This document shows, in pieces, positions 26,201 to 40,311 of a stretch of DNA of 64,000 nt. The stretch spans positions 1 through 64,000 of the forward strand of contig JAHLWZ010000386.1 in NCBI GenBank assembly GCA_020536535.1, read 5' to 3'. The notes under the pieces are model-generated. The model searched no databases, was not told the DNA's origin, and saw only the letters and a list, made by a program, of their open reading frames with translations. How positions within the stretch are numbered: position 1 is the first letter of the stretch; each line of letters starts with the position of its first letter. A program made the position numbers and the translations under genes. Origin of the DNA: Pelomyxa schiedti. Taxonomy: Eukaryota > Protista > Evosea.

Positions 26201-27898
26201 TACAAGTCTGAAATTATATATCAACCGCCAACTGTCCAACAAGGCACGTGAAACACAGTATCGAGTAAAGGCTGAAAACGATGAGAAGAAAAGAGGAATT
26301 TTAGAAAAGGAGTTGAATGTATTGCTTCCACTTTCATCGGTTTTTGAGGTTAACCCTGCACTCTTAGGCACTCAAAGAAGCACAATCCCTCAAAGTATTT
26401 TATAGCTCTTTTAATTATTGCCTTTCCCATGTGTCTAACCTCTAACGGGCAGGAGCGAGACATTCAGCAGCTTCGGGAACGTATTTCCCGTTTTGTTGAA
26501 ATGGAAACAGAATTTAACAAGTTCAAGCTTGAGTACCACCAGGTAGACGTTTCATTCAATAATACATTTGAAATTTTTCCTTAATTATTGGGCACTCGCT
26601 CTCTCTATTAGATGAAATCCCAGTGCAGGTGCAGCAAACTTTTAGAACTCGAACGTGAATTTCTTAAGTGTCGAACTGAACTTCAGGTATCCCTTCACTT
26701 TTCTTAATGGCTATATTTATTTCTAATCCACAAAAACCTGCAGGAGGCCAGAGCTGAAATTGATAGACTGAAGGCTACAATTGCCAAAAGAAAGGTACAA
26801 TTTTTTCCCCTGTACCGTTAAAAATCGGGAAAGGAACAATCCCCAAACGCATCAACTAACGGTATTTTACAAAAGGCTCAAGAGCAACCTGTAAAGGTTA
26901 ATCCTCGGCCACATGAAAAGGTATCTTTAGAAAATTCTATTTAGCTTACGATATTATGCAGCCAGATTCATCGGAGCAAATAAAACACCTTCAAGCCCGA
27001 ATTCTTGTTTTAGAGAAAAGGTTTGTGAGGAAGAATGAGTTCGTAATTATAATGAAATTACCAGAAAAGATTATGAACAAGAAACAATCAGACTTACTGC
27101 TGCTTTAAAGGAATCGCAAGCGAGAGAAGGGTATTGATATGAATTTCCACCTCACCTCTTGACCGCCACACCAGTCGCCTCCAGAGTCAGCTTGACTTAT
27201 ACATTTTGAAGCATCCTGGAGATTCTGGGAACTCTGATCCAACCCCAAATGGGCTAGAAAAAAAGTATTGTAACGTCTCTTCCTCGCCAATGTGCAATAG
27301 GTACGAGCACCAGCTTCATAAAATAGGATTGGAGCTAGACGCAATAAAAACTCGGAACAAAGAACTGGAAACCGTAAATGCACTACTTCAGAGGTAGCAT
27401 TGTCTCAATCCCCACGAGTATCAACCCAAAACCTCCCAATAAGGAAGCCTCGTATTGACGACAGAAGCACCCAAAGCTTTTCCATTGAAGAGCGTTACGC
27501 CCGCAAGGTAAAAATAACTTTTATCAAGCCTCCGCCACTGTCTCAACATTCTCCAGGTAGACGTGCTCTCCAAAAAACTTGCAGCCTGTGAAGAAAAGAT
27601 TCGCGAACTCCAAGACATCAATCTTGGTTTGCGAGGCCAAATCGCGAACCGGACTGCGGAACTCGACCGGCTGCTCCGCTCAAAATCTCCCTCATCACTA
27701 CACATCCCCGCATCGCCGCCAATCACAGCCACAGCCACAACCACATCCACAGCAACACTACCAAAACCTCCAACACCCATTCTGCTCTCGGCCTCAGTTG
27801 GCACCTTCTCTTCTGCTCCCAATGTCTCTAACACACAATCGACTCTGCCCAATGCCATCATGTCTATGAGTGTTGATAGTTCCGGCGGGGGATTCTGA
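20262..27898 (+). CDS. Large cytoskeletal protein: polyproline N-terminus, calponin-homology (CH) domain, very long coiled coil (many exons)
   Basis: CH motifs KWIEDVLG, LCDGVLLCELANKIKPG and ENITHFLEACKQFGL..LFSPTDL. A ~900-aa E/K/Q-rich heptad exon at about 22.8-25.6 kb, followed by many small exons. Confidence 0.85.
21381..21455 (+). repeat. Five 15-nt coding tandem repeats encoding (I/V)NSPT
   Basis: Units such as atcaattcaccaaca and gtcaactcaccgacc, in frame within the CH-protein exon. Confidence 0.9.
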
Positions 27899-28012
27899 TT
27901 CCCCACAGTTTTGTTTGTTTGGATATAGTTGTAAAAACATGTTTATTAATGCACAAAACCCAAAAAAGAGTTTTCGGTACCCCTAAGGGAATGATAAAAG
28001 AAAATTTATTAT

Positions 28013-31000
28013 TTAGTCCAAATACCACAACTTGATTGTGCTATCCCAAGAGCCAGAGATAATCTTTTTCTTGGACACTACATGCAGACACTTAATCTAT
28101 TTTGGATTGATGTGAGCAGAAACATGAAGTGAGTTGGTTGTTGATACCCAGTCCGAGTGTCCACGCAGCGTTTTAAGTGGTGCGGGGCTTCGATGTGGCT
28201 CCCAAATGCATACGGTTTGATCAAAGCTTGATGTTACAACCCTAAACATTCATTGAGTCATTTAGAAATTATTAGTATTCACTTGGTTGAGGTCGGTGCA
28301 CTTACCAGTCTTCGAAGGTTGCAAGGCAGGTAACTTCTTCATTGTGACCAGAGAGTGTTGATACAAGTTGTCCGTTTGTGGTATTCCAAAGCCGGACAGT
28401 CCTATCACCAGACCCAGTCCAGAGGCGATTGTTTGCAGCATCGAAACTCATGCAATTGATGGCCCCTTCGTGTCCAGTGAGAGTGCGTTTACATTTCCCG
28501 TTTTTGATATCCCACATCTTGGTAATCATTAAGTAACGAATAGGAAAGCAGAAAGGGTCTCGTACTTTCACAGTGTTATCATAACTACCACTTATTACGA
28601 TATTGCCCTCTGTGGCAATACATTTTACCCAGTCCCTGTGATCATTAAGAACATGGAGGGGTGCAGCAAATCTTCGTAGATCCCAAACCTACAGCAAATA
28701 GAGTAAGGAGTGAAGGAAGGGTATGCAACTCACTCGGAGACTTTTATCAGCCGACCCAGAGATTACCACACTGTTTGAATCTCTGTGTCCGAGTTGTAAA
28801 CATGAAATTGCGTCAGAGTGGCCTTTCAGCTCTGCTGTGGATGTTCCAATACGAGGGTCCCACAGACGTACGGTGTGGTCCCAAGAGCCACTTAGATTAC
28901 TTAATTTTTCAAAATAAAAGTTGTTTGTCACACCTGGCAAGTACAGTTGGGCTTACCTCACAGCAACACACTTTATCTGTATGTCCATTGAGCACAATTT
29001 TTTCTTTGCCCGTGGAATCCCATATCTGAAAGGGATAAGGTGAAACATAAAAGACAACAAAGAACGCACACGCAAAGTTTTGTCGTCTGAAGAGCTGACA
29101 ATATCATTGCCATTGAAGTGTACATCAGTAACCTAGAAGATGTGAGACCCTGTGAAGAAATGTAGATTTTACTTTGTCTTTGTGCCCGGGCATTTTGGCT
29201 AAACGTACACAGGCCTCCGTGTCCCAGATAGCTACGTGACCAGAGGCATGTCCACAGACAAGGCGACTCTCACGAAAGCATGTACATTCGATCCCACCAC
29301 TGTAGCCTTTGATTAATATGAGTGGAATGCCTATTGTTCAAGGTACTGTGAACCTTGAAGAGAGGTAAAAGTTGTTCCAGCCTGGGCGTAGCCTTTATTC
29401 ACTGTTGGGGTAGGTTCAGCTGGTGTGGCCCTTCCGCTGACATTCATTACCTGCATCACCCTTTCATATTCTTCTCGTAAGGCAGCTTTCTGTGCTGGCA
29501 TATCGAATACTCGTCTAGTGTTGTCTTGGGCGGATTCGTGTTTATTCTACAAGGTGATCAATATGGAAAATTCTGATACGGAACAGAAATCCTACTCTTA
29601 TCTTGATGCTCTGCAGAAGACTTGTGGAGCGGGTGTTGGCATTTGAGGTGTTCTGCTGGAAACTGTTGAGTTGTTCAATTGTTCTGTTGCTCAGGGAGGC
29701 GAAGTTTGAGATGCCCGATATGAAATGTCTTGCAGGATCTGTGCCAGCCAGGGTGGTCATGCTCAGAACTGCAGAAAACCAGTTAAGAAAAGTCGAGTAA
29801 TAAGTTCAATAACTTAGTGATGCTATTGCTTTGAATAGAAGATCTTCTTCTTGTTGAACTGACGCTTCTCGCTGGTCAATAGCAATAGTCTCCCAATCAT
29901 CCAGAGTGGTTCGGAAATTCAGAGGCAGGTCTGCACGTCTGCGTTGGAGATCATCTAGAAAAGATTAGAAGAAGTCATGGGTTTCAAAACAACTGAAGAA
30001 GGTGAACTCCCAGAAACTGTCGTGCTTCCAAATTTCACAAGTGGAAAGAATGGACTGGATGGGAAGTAAGTTTGTGCGAAAATCCAAATGAGTAAGTAGA
30101 TTTACGGAAAGAAATTCCGGCAATCCACCAACTCTGTGATAGTAAACATTAGCAATTTTTGTGAACTCACCAGGGGCCCTGCTAAACCGTGAACTTCCTC
30201 CAGTAGAGAAAAAGATTCAAATATACCTGAAATCCAATTGCTGAAAGGAAAGAGTGAGAACCCGTTTGAAGGCATCAGATAGTATTACAAACGCGCCATC
30301 GGAAAGACAACAATCTGGATTCTGAAATTGTAAAGTTAACATAGATGAGAAGTGGGAAGTTGGCTCTATTAGTTGAGATGCGTTCTTATAATCATTTTAC
30401 AGTATAATTGAGATTACTTTGCCTTGGTGGTTGTGTACTGAACCATCCGGTGCACGAACATTATGGCACCCTCAGTCACTCCAATCAGCCCACTGAGTTG
30501 TTCAAGGCTGGAAACTCTAAGGGATCAATCACCAAACATTTACACGAAAAGAATCCTACGAAGGTGTTTTAGAGCTTATGATGGTATCAATTATTTTGTC
30601 CATGAAATCGATTTGTGGCTGCCCGAATTCAGGCATTGCCTGGGCAGCCAAATAATGTACATCATTCGGCTCTTCCTGTGTTGCCATCAATAAAGGGTGT
30701 GTAGAAAAGAAAAGGTACCCTAAAATAGGGCATCTTAACAACTTCTTTTGGAGTCGTAAGAACTTGAGAGGTTCTTGCTTTGTTAATAAGGGCATCCGAG
30801 AGGGGTGGGAACGTAGGATATATAGCTACTACTGTTAGCCTCGTCAACTTGGTTGCACAAAATGATACTTGGAACAGTACTGCACGCCCAAAGTGGTGGT
30901 ACATCATAAGTCTGCGATACAGTATCTCGAATTGAGCCAGAGGTTAGGAATGAAAGTTCAGTGTCTGAGATGTTGATTGGTAAAGAAACAAAGAGTAAGG

Positions 31001-32963
31001 TTAAACCCACCGCCTTGCTTGTAATGATAAATGGACAAATCAAAAATGTTTTCAGATTGAAGGAAGAACTTTTCTGCAAACTGATGGAATGATATTGTCC
31101 CAAAGAGGCTCTCTAGAAAAGGCTTGGAGAAATTGGTATTTATTCAAATAAAAATTTGGAAGAAAAAGGCAACACACTCGAGCAGAAGGTTGTTGCAGGC
31201 TGAGGAATTTGGGTTTGTCAAACATGGCTCGTGGTCTTGGGTATTTCCTGCCAAGAATTAGAGGAAAAATTGTTTTTTGAAGAAAAAAAACCTTGCAGCT
31301 TGAAAACAGGTGTGATAATCCTTAAACATGGGAATAAAAAATAGCAAAAAGGCACTGAAGGAATTGCTTGGAAAAGCATCTGAGTTTTAAGGAATGTACC
31401 TTTGTATGAGGGTATTCAGGTTAGCTCCGGTTGGCGAGGGAGGAACTGGTTTGTCAAAAACCCAATTCATGAGGTCCTTGGAATTTTAATCTTAACAAAA
31501 CTTCTCTCCAGAGTACCTCATCAGGATAAGCTTGATCCAAATTGTAGAAATTTGGATGGAGAATTTTTTTTAGTCTAGCAATAAGCTCTGCCCGCAGATC
31601 GAGAGGGAGTGTAGCAGGACCTCGATTATGTACACAACCTTTGTCCAGATCGATAACAATGACCTTGGAATACATTAGAAGAGCGGATGTTTCAAATGAT
31701 TCATACATCTGGAATGTTTAATGTTGGTTCGTTATGGTCTCGTACAAACCCCATGATGTACGGTGTTGGAGCATGTAAGTAATCTCGTAGGGTTATATTC
31801 ATATTAGGGATGTAAACGTGGCTCCACTGAAATGGATAAATGAGAGCCATAATAATTTCGGAGGCTTGATATCACATTGAACTCAGTGTAAGAAACAGTT
31901 CCAGGGTGTTGTACCAATTGTAAGGATAGAGTGCTGGGACGATGTGAAAAGAATATGACGCTCTTCTAGGACCCAGCCAAAGAGGTCCACAACAGCTTCT
32001 ATTCCAATGCAGTCAAACAAAATTTTGATGTCGAACTAATGCACATGAGAGCGAGAAAGGAATTTAAAACTGATACATCAGTCATTTCAAAGAAACTCTT
32101 TGAGGGCCTGGACAGCTCTAAAGTTTGGCTTGGCAAAGTGGCTCGAACCATAACATGACCTTTAGACAAATTACCTCAGAGCCACAGTGGATGTGGGAAA
32201 CCTTGTGGAGGTAGTGGTACATCATATAGTAGGCTTTCTACTAACGTTTCCATAGGTAATCGAGAGGGCACACGTGATGCCTGCGTTTTGAATTAAACGC
32301 ATATAGTGGGCTATCAGTGAATACCCGGAATATCTCTTTTAGATAAACTTTGAATGCAGAGAAAAATGGGTAATGTGAAAGAATACACAAGCAAGTGGGT
32401 ATATACATCTATGTAGCCTTGGTATAACAATAAAAAAAGGGAAAAGCTATCACCTTGCCCTTTACATGGGAATTCGATAAAGATGGTGGAAGTGGTGGGT
32501 GTACGTCGAATGGTTGGTAAACCTAGAAGAGTAAGGAAAAACAGAAGAGTGAAGTGCTTACAATTAAACCAACAGCATAAAACCTAGACCCATCAGATTG
32601 AGTCAGAGCAAAAAGAGTAAAGGTAGGGCGTTGCGGCTTTTGTTCTAGCTTAATGCCACGAGGGAAACAAAACTACAAAAGCTCGGTTGGGCATTTTTTT
32701 TATGGAAAAAGACACACCATCCAGACATGAGAGTCGGGCAAAGGCGAATCTGGGTAGTCTTTAGCAGGAACCCTGGACATCAAAGCGCCCTTAAATCTCG
32801 CATTCCAGCAATCCTTTACAACAGGAACCACTGGTTCCATAGGAGCGTCGTCATCCAGAGGTAATTCGTGGTGCACATCAAACACCTCTAACGTTGGCCC
32901 GCAACTTACCACCAGAAAGTAATCCACAAAACGATTTGGTTGAACCAATACAACATCGCCCAT
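28013..32963 (-). CDS. DENN-domain Rab GEF with C-terminal WD40 repeats (SCD1/DENND3-like), many exons
   Basis: uDENN start RFVDYFLVV...FCFPRG, CLCILSHYPFF, LEERHILF and APTPYIMG. WD40 repeats SGSWDHTVRLWD, SGSADKSLRV and TGSGDRTVRLWN. Confidence 0.9.
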
Positions 32964-33340
32964 ATCGTTTTGTATCCCCTCCTTGTACGAGTATTGGTTT
33001 CCTTTGTTGTCGCAGATCCGGTGTCAACACCCGCCCAGCGACAGCCTGGTACTCACTTTTTTTGTTTTGTTCTGGATCGTTGGATTTTTTCCCCTTTCTT
33101 CGCCCCTCTGTTTTTTTCCCTCATACTTTTCCAAAGTTTGATTCTCTCGTAGTTGTGTTCATTGCAACACCCGAGAGCGGGAAGTGGCGTGCCCTCACTC
33201 ACAGTGACCTCCATCTCGACGCGAGTCCACTTCCTGAGATAGCCATTCATCTGGGATCTCAGCAGATGAATCACGAGATGAAAACCAAGCCAAACGTGCA
33301 CTTACGGAACGAAAAAAACCGAAAAACAAAGAAAAGAAGA

Positions 33341-34739
33341 ATGATGCAGGCAGTCGGGCTGTGGATCACCAATCCGGTGCCGCACCTGGGGCTGTGCAGG
33401 CCAATAATGATGAAGAAGGCCGCCTGCCGCGCGTCGATATGGACGCCGAGCTTCGTGTCTGCCCCGGAGCCGCACGCGGTCCCGCGGCCGACCGGTGGGC
33501 GCAGGGTCTCGGACGCGTGGGGGATTTTGTCCCCGCAGGCGGTCTCGCTGGCCGAGTCGCGTATCCACGAGGCGGAGCTGGCGACGGCGCGCGAGTGCCC
33601 GCGCAAGAGCCCGTGGTGGTGGCTGTGCAGCGACATCCCGGTGTGCTCGTTCCAGGTCGCCGTGGCTGTGGTTCCCCGCGCTGGCAGGAGGTATTATCCG
33701 ACAATAAGGTCTGATTCCTTACCCCCCCCTTTTTCTATTCTTTTCCTTTTTCCCCTTGCACACCTGGCTTTTTTTTTTTTTTTTTTTTTTTTTTTTTCTT
33801 TCTATCAAGTAAATAATGGTACCTCTTGGACTCTACTTTTTATTATTATTATTATTTACTCTGTATATATATATAGGTCGTTTGCGAGGCGCTTGCATGA
33901 CTTGTGGGGAGTTGGGTGTGGAAAGTGTAACAATGGGGTGATGCTGTTTGTGTCTAGGGATGATCATTCTGTGTGTATGTTTTCCGCGGGTTTGTACAAA
34001 ATCTCATCATTCCTCTTTAGACTTATCTGTTGGTCATGGAGCACTTGCTCGCATTCCTCGTCATGTCTCCAATGAGATTGTCGCCTCCATTTGCCCGTAC
34101 CTTTCTGTTGGAAAGTATGATGAGGGCGTTCTCGGTAGGAAAGCTTGGTTAATATTTTTTTCCCCCTAATATCGGTTTTCAAGAGGGTGTGAACAGGATA
34201 ACTGCTAGTCTTATGAATGGTGCTAACGGGTCTCGCTACAGCTACCATCATTACAATCACTCCCATTTTGGATTTCTGTTCAAACTTATTATTGCAGCCG
34301 TAATTATTGCTGCCATAGCTTCTGCAAAGGCACCCACAATACAGACATGGCACTATAGATCAGACCCTCCTTGCGTTGGTGTAGAATTAGGATTGGACAG
34401 TATCAATGCCTGTCCTTGGAGCTGTGGAAGGCGGTGCTGGCGCTGCTATTGGGGAATACCGCATACTACGAATTACTGGTCGTCTACATACATTCCGTGC
34501 AATTCCACCCCCTGCCCACCTGTTGTTCTCCATGATGAGCCATGTGAATGCTCTTTCACCGTTCCTGTAGTTCCACCGGAGGAGTATGTTCCTTCCATTT
34601 TCCGCATTCGCAAGCATACTTATTCCCAAACCGCAGATTTGGAGGAGGCAGCAGTGCTGGTGGTGCTGGTACTGAAGGAACCTTTGTTGACCTCACAAGG
34701 CCTCATTCCGAGGACGACGAAGATGACAGGAAACAGTGA
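33341..34739 (+). CDS. TPM-domain (TLP18.3/Psb32/MOLO-1) membrane protein (multi-exon)
   Basis: VSDAWGILS, QVAVAVV, FARRLHDLWGVG...NNGVMLFVS, GKYDEGV, a TM helix and a Gly-rich GGGSSAGGAG tail. Confidence 0.8.
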
Positions 34740-34791
34740 GGAAAGAAAATGTCAAACAGTAACAATAGAAGAACTAGTTTTGTTTTTGGTT

Positions 34792-37700
34792 TCACAATTT
34801 TATGGAGCTTGGTTGAATCAGCTCAAAGAACTGTTGGGCAGTGAAGCATATCCCAGGGCCTGTGTCTGTTGATTTCGCGGAAATGAGACTGTAGTCAGCG
34901 CACTCGCCTGTGGCTAGTACCCCTTTTCCCAACTAAATGCAGTTAGAGGAAAAATTCCGGCCAAGGTGGATTCAACATACCGAAATGAAAGTAGTGCAAT
35001 TGTCGACGAGACTTTTCGGGGTCTCTGACTTGAACTTAGGGGTCAGGTAGAAGGACTTACCGGCAAAAGGTTTTTGTGTGTAGCGTGTTCCAAACCTAAA
35101 TGAACATAAGAATGGAATTTTGGGGAACACAAAAGGGTACTCACTCCTTTTCGGGAAGAAAATATCCGGCAAGGGCACTATCTGTTACCCAACTTGTTGT
35201 CATGATCCAAAAACCGCAAAGTGCAGCTGCTACAGACTTTAGTGTTCTGTGCTTGGAGTAGGTCACAACATGAGTCACCCTGTGAGTGAAGAAATGAGAC
35301 GGCCGCGACATGGGAAATAGTAACTAACCTTGGGTGCAAGGTGTCTCCACCAATGAATTCACCACCAAGTGTAAGGACATGTTTGCGCAACGTTTCTTCC
35401 AATTGTGGATTGTTTGTGAACCCAGTGCATGTAACCACAATTTTTGATGTTGTTGTACAAGGTGCCTCTGGTTGTGGAGGAGATGTTTCAACTTGGTGTG
35501 GTTCTGCGTTCGCATGGTGTGCTGCCGCTGTTGCACTAGCGGTATCAACATGAGTCGAGGGTGGTTTGCTTACAGTATGGCTAGTTTTAGGTGCTGGTGT
35601 GAGGGCTGCATTTTTTTGATGTATTACTGGCTGTAGTGGAGTGGTTGTGGGTCTTGAAGCTGTTGTATTCTTTACTCCTACAAATTCATTGGGGGTTTGT
35701 TCTACTGTCCTTCTTCGTTTGGTATTGGCGGACATTGGAGTGCTGTACAGTATTCCTACTTTCTGTTTGAGCCACTCCATGTCCTTTTTCCTCTTTCGTG
35801 GCTTGCTTGTGGTAGGTGCATCTTCTTGCTTTGTGCCCTCAGAGAACCTGACGTGAAGGGAAGCCTGGTCTGGCTGGGGATCAGGTTGCTGGAGATCGGC
35901 CCCGTTCGCAGCGGAAACATCATCTGTGCGGATCGGTTTCTCTTCTTCCTTTTGTTTGGTGCTACGATGCTTCTTCTCTTTTTTTTCTTTTTTTGGGCTA
36001 TCCCACCCCTCCAACTCAAAAGATTGAATTCGCGCAAGTAGTCTAATTTTGGTAAGTAAGTTAAGAATTGAAAATATGTCACAAACTTTCGTTGGTCCAG
36101 TACAAAGTCCTGGTATCCCTTGTCACTTACAGCTTTGGTCGGCGGACCTGCTATGAGGTTACTGAAGAAAAATAGTAAAATAAAATACGGTGGACATCTG
36201 GGGTCATGGCTTGTTCTAATGCTTCACTGAGCCTTGGTAATGCCTTTACACCAGGATCAACTGAAGAAGTTGCAGATGAAGGAACTGATGAATTTTGTGT
36301 GGTATTTAGCATGGACTCAATCCGTGCGGAGAATTGCGCCACAAAAGTTTTGTATATGCCAGATTCCAATTTAGAATGAATTTCAGTAGATAGTTGGAGA
36401 ATCTCTTGTAGAAAATCCTTTCTAGAGTCAGTCTAACGATGAAAGCACGGAAAAATACTGGTGGGTGACAAGATAAATCTAGATACGGAAGTAATGTTGT
36501 AAGGCGGTGTGAACCAGAAGATACTGGATTGCTATTGATCTCGTGCAGAATGTCCCTGAGTATGAGGTAAAGAAAGGAAAGTTTCTGTAATGGAGCATAC
36601 AATGTGAGCTGCCTATAAAATTGTACCAAGGTGTCGGTGTGGCAATTGGCTTGATCAGGGTTTGAAGGACTTGTTACAAGCTTCACAAGGTACTGTGCAA
36701 CGTTGTCGATGGGAACCCTACTATTGTAGCCTTAGTAAAATGATTAGGATCAAAAAACACTTACGAAAATGGGTCAGGGTCCTTGGAATTTGCTATGCGG
36801 AGAAAACATGGTAAGATTGCCCTCTGAACGGCTTCCCAACATTCAGAAGACTTGGTGCAGATCTCTTGTAGTGTACCGGATATACAAGAACGTAATTTTG
36901 GCCAATTACGTGTACGGGGATGAAATAACTCCAGGAAGAGCTTGTGAATCACTTCTGAGGATACAAGAACATGAAATAAATGTAACTTGGCAAATCCTTC
37001 AACACAAGTAAAGAGCAGTTCTTCAGTTTCCCTATCCGTGGATAAAGCAACAGACTGAGTTCCAGGTGCCTTTCCGTCAGGTGATTCTGGGGCCACTTGC
37101 TTCCTTGACAGCTCTGCCCCACCAATAAAGCCAGACAAAATCTCAATTGCTCGTGTGAAAGTTCCCTCCTTGGTTCCGGTAAGATTTACATGGGTGTGAC
37201 CACGAAAATCAAATACAAGGAGCATATCAAAAAGGAGCTTGAAAAGAGTGTGAGAGGGTGTGAATTGGTACACTTCATACTTTAATTGCAGTTATTTTGA
37301 TAGGAGTCGTGTCATTTTGAATAATCTGAGTGAATAAAAGGAATCCATTATTTGCTGCTTCTCTATGATATATTGGGAAAAAAAAAGGGTCATTAGAGCA
37401 CACCTATCTAAGAGACAGAAGAGCCCAAAGCACATTACGCCTTCCTGTCTCACCCCAGGCATTTGGTGTTGGACTGCTGGAAGGAAAAGATCCCTTAGCA
37501 GGGAACTAATAGCAGGGTACTGTTTAATGGATACTCCTGAGGGTATGTACTTCAACAGTTCTTCTGCTAATTGCAAGGAACTTTGGAGAGATTAAAGCCA
37601 TACACACAGCATAAAACCTACTGCAGTAGTACATTATATCTGGCCCACTCTTCCGTAGAGGCAGAAAAAAGACTCAGTTCAGTTTGTAAGTAACTGATAA

Positions 37701-40217
37701 AGGTAAGTGGGAGGGATACAAGAGATTTTGTGTTACCCTATTGTGGCAGTTATACATAACGGAAATTCAGCACGGAGTCCCCAGGGAGATGTGGCAATAC
37801 TCTCATCATTGCGAATGTCTTCAAGGTGGGTCAAGGTGGAAATTTGGTTTTGGAGCTCATTTTGATATTTCATGCTATCCTGAGTGGCTGATGAACTTCA
37901 CTTCAAAAGAAAAAAGGCACACGAAGGCAGCAGAGGCTAAAGGGTCTTGGAGATCGGAAATGATCTCGGCAACAATTTGTGAAAGTGCAGATATGTCATC
38001 ATGGATCTTGTACAGTACCTTGCATTTGGAGTGAGTTCAACTAAAACTTGATTGTGGTGGTGCCTTAATCATTGGTCCCACCAGACGTAGAGGGATAACA
38101 GGAGAATGTAATAAGTCTCTTATCAGTTTGGACATATTTCTTCTCCCCACTTCATCCTTAAAATCGAGATTGAGGAGAACTCAAGGGGTACGTAATGGAA
38201 TTTGACATACAGCGAAATCAAGGAAGCAAGCAGCAATCAGCAGATTTTTTATAATGAAAGATGGCACACAATTTGTGAACAATTGAGATACATATTCACA
38301 GTAAGACGAAATGGTCGGAGTAATAGAATCGAGATCCTGGACATAGTTAAAAGGAAAATGTAAGTCCCTGAAAACACACTTGTTGTGAAGAATGAAGATA
38401 TTGACACTTCATTCTAAAAAGCAGGGAAGTTTCTGTGCAGTGGTGGGGAGAAATGATTTGAATTCCAGTAGTTACCAGCACTAAACGCTGAAGTGCCAGA
38501 CCAAAACTTTTGGAAAAAGGACTTTCCCCCTGGATTATACCTTAGTATAGGGTGAGGTTACAACAGCTGCGCGACATTAAATAGTAGCCTACATCTTCAT
38601 CATTGCATAAAACAGTGTGCAAGTCAAAGATTCAGTTATTTCTACTTCCAGTCTGCTTGAAAACCAAGCAAGTTGCGTAAAGAAAACAGAGTCTTCCTCG
38701 GTTGAGGCATCACTGGCATCAGTAGGGGCAGACTTCATCCATTCCCTAACCGCCTCAAGACAATCCCTTCTTACAATCTCACTGTTTTTTTCCGTTGTTT
38801 TAGTGAGGAATTTGGTTATAATTTATATGTTCATTTACTTCATGTAATACATGCCTTGGATCATACAGACCACGACTCAACAATAAAACAAGTTGTGGGG
38901 TTTTAATCGAGTTTAGATCACATCTCGCTCCAAAGGTTTTATACAAAAAGGCTCGCACCTGGGCACAATGTTAATCAGAGGCTGTTGTATAGTCGGGATT
39001 TTAACGAACCTCGGGAGCAACGTCTTTTGATCTCTGTATGATATCAGGTATGCTTGAGGGTATCAACGGAATACCTTTAAGCACTGCAAGGCGGATTGAA
39101 ACTGAGGGATCATCATTCATTAACTTGTTAAGCTCCTGGCCAAGATGACACAAATTGAAAAAGAATAGAAAAGAAACCGTGAAGGCACCAGCTGGAAGTT
39201 GTGGAAAAGACAGAAGAATATTGATAACCTCTGCTCTAACAGGAGGGTGGCTATCTTTTATTCTAACAAGAAGTGCATCCTTCAAAGATTCCATTGGGCC
39301 AGCCCTTCAAAAAGAAACAAAAGTTGATACATAACTCAAACACCCCAATACAGAATACTCCAAATCAATGTATAATTGTGTTGGTGTCACATTCCACCCC
39401 CCGCGGAGTGTGCCCCTTCATTTTCAAACAATTCAATGTCCAAAGCATACTTGATGACAATCCCGGTCCTTTTCATTTCCTGCAGCAGACGAACCAGAAA
39501 CTGACAGGCGTGCAGCCTCACTCTCTTCTCCTTCACATTCAGCCTTTTGCACAAATGTCCCAACAACTTCCAAACAACAACATCATTCCTCCCTCGTTCC
39601 CGTTCTCGTCCACTTCCACGTGGTTCTTCTCCATCCCCGTTTCTATCACCCTCATCATCATCATCATCATCACCACCGCCGCTGGACCCATAATTGCCGT
39701 CGCCTTCGCCCGCCGCCGCCGCCGCCGACTTGCTGCTGCGATCGCCTTCGGCGTCGCTGGCGTGCCCTCGCCCTCGAGGAGGCGTCTTCCCGCCGGCCTT
39801 GGCTGCCCTCGCGGCCGCCGATGCTGCCGACGCCAGGGCGCCCGAGCACACGGACGTGCACACGCAGTCGGTGACCCTCGCCACCGCCGCCGACGACGCC
39901 TCGGCCGACGACGACCTCCGCGCCAGCACCTTGTCCACGTGTCCCATAAGCTCCTTGATGCCCTCGGCGCCGTCGTCTTCCTCGTGGTCGTGTTTGTGGC
40001 TCCTCTTCGAACTTGTTTTGGCCCCTCGTTTTTTGGATTTCTTCGTCGTGGTCGTAGTAGTTGTCGCAGAGGCGTCGTCACTTCCTGGGCGTGGCGGCGT
40101 GGTGATTGCATCCCATAATTGCCGTGTAGTACCGGCATCCTGGGGCCCTCGGTCTCCATTCACGACCCTTTGCAGCACTTCCCCAACGCTTAGCCTTGGT
40201 CTCTTCCCTTCGGTCAT
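34792..40217 (-). CDS. NCAPG: Condensin I subunit CAP-G (Ycg1/Cnd3) with a C-terminal tandem BRCT-like extension
   Basis: HEAT motifs KEKRVRLHACQ, RIKDSHPPVR, DDPSVSIRLAVL, RSKDVAPEVR, LPAVQ...VRQEGVMCFGLFCLLD and VEGFAKL. In-frame splicing leads into the BRCT exons VVTCTGF...LGG...VTHVV...RTLK...SWV and FAGKSFYL. Confidence 0.85.
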
Positions 40218-40311
40218 CAATTCTTCGAAAAAAATACGTATTTTTTTTCCTTTTCGTTTGTCAATAAGTTGTGTGTCATTTTAATAGCACATATGTAATA
40301 GTGTTTTGTAC

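Noticed and set aside
26686-26960. Possible U12-type introns with donors GTATCCCT and GTATCTTT
   Set aside because: Neither has the full RTATCCTTT donor plus a TCCTTAAC branch point; both fit the generally degenerate U2-type donors.
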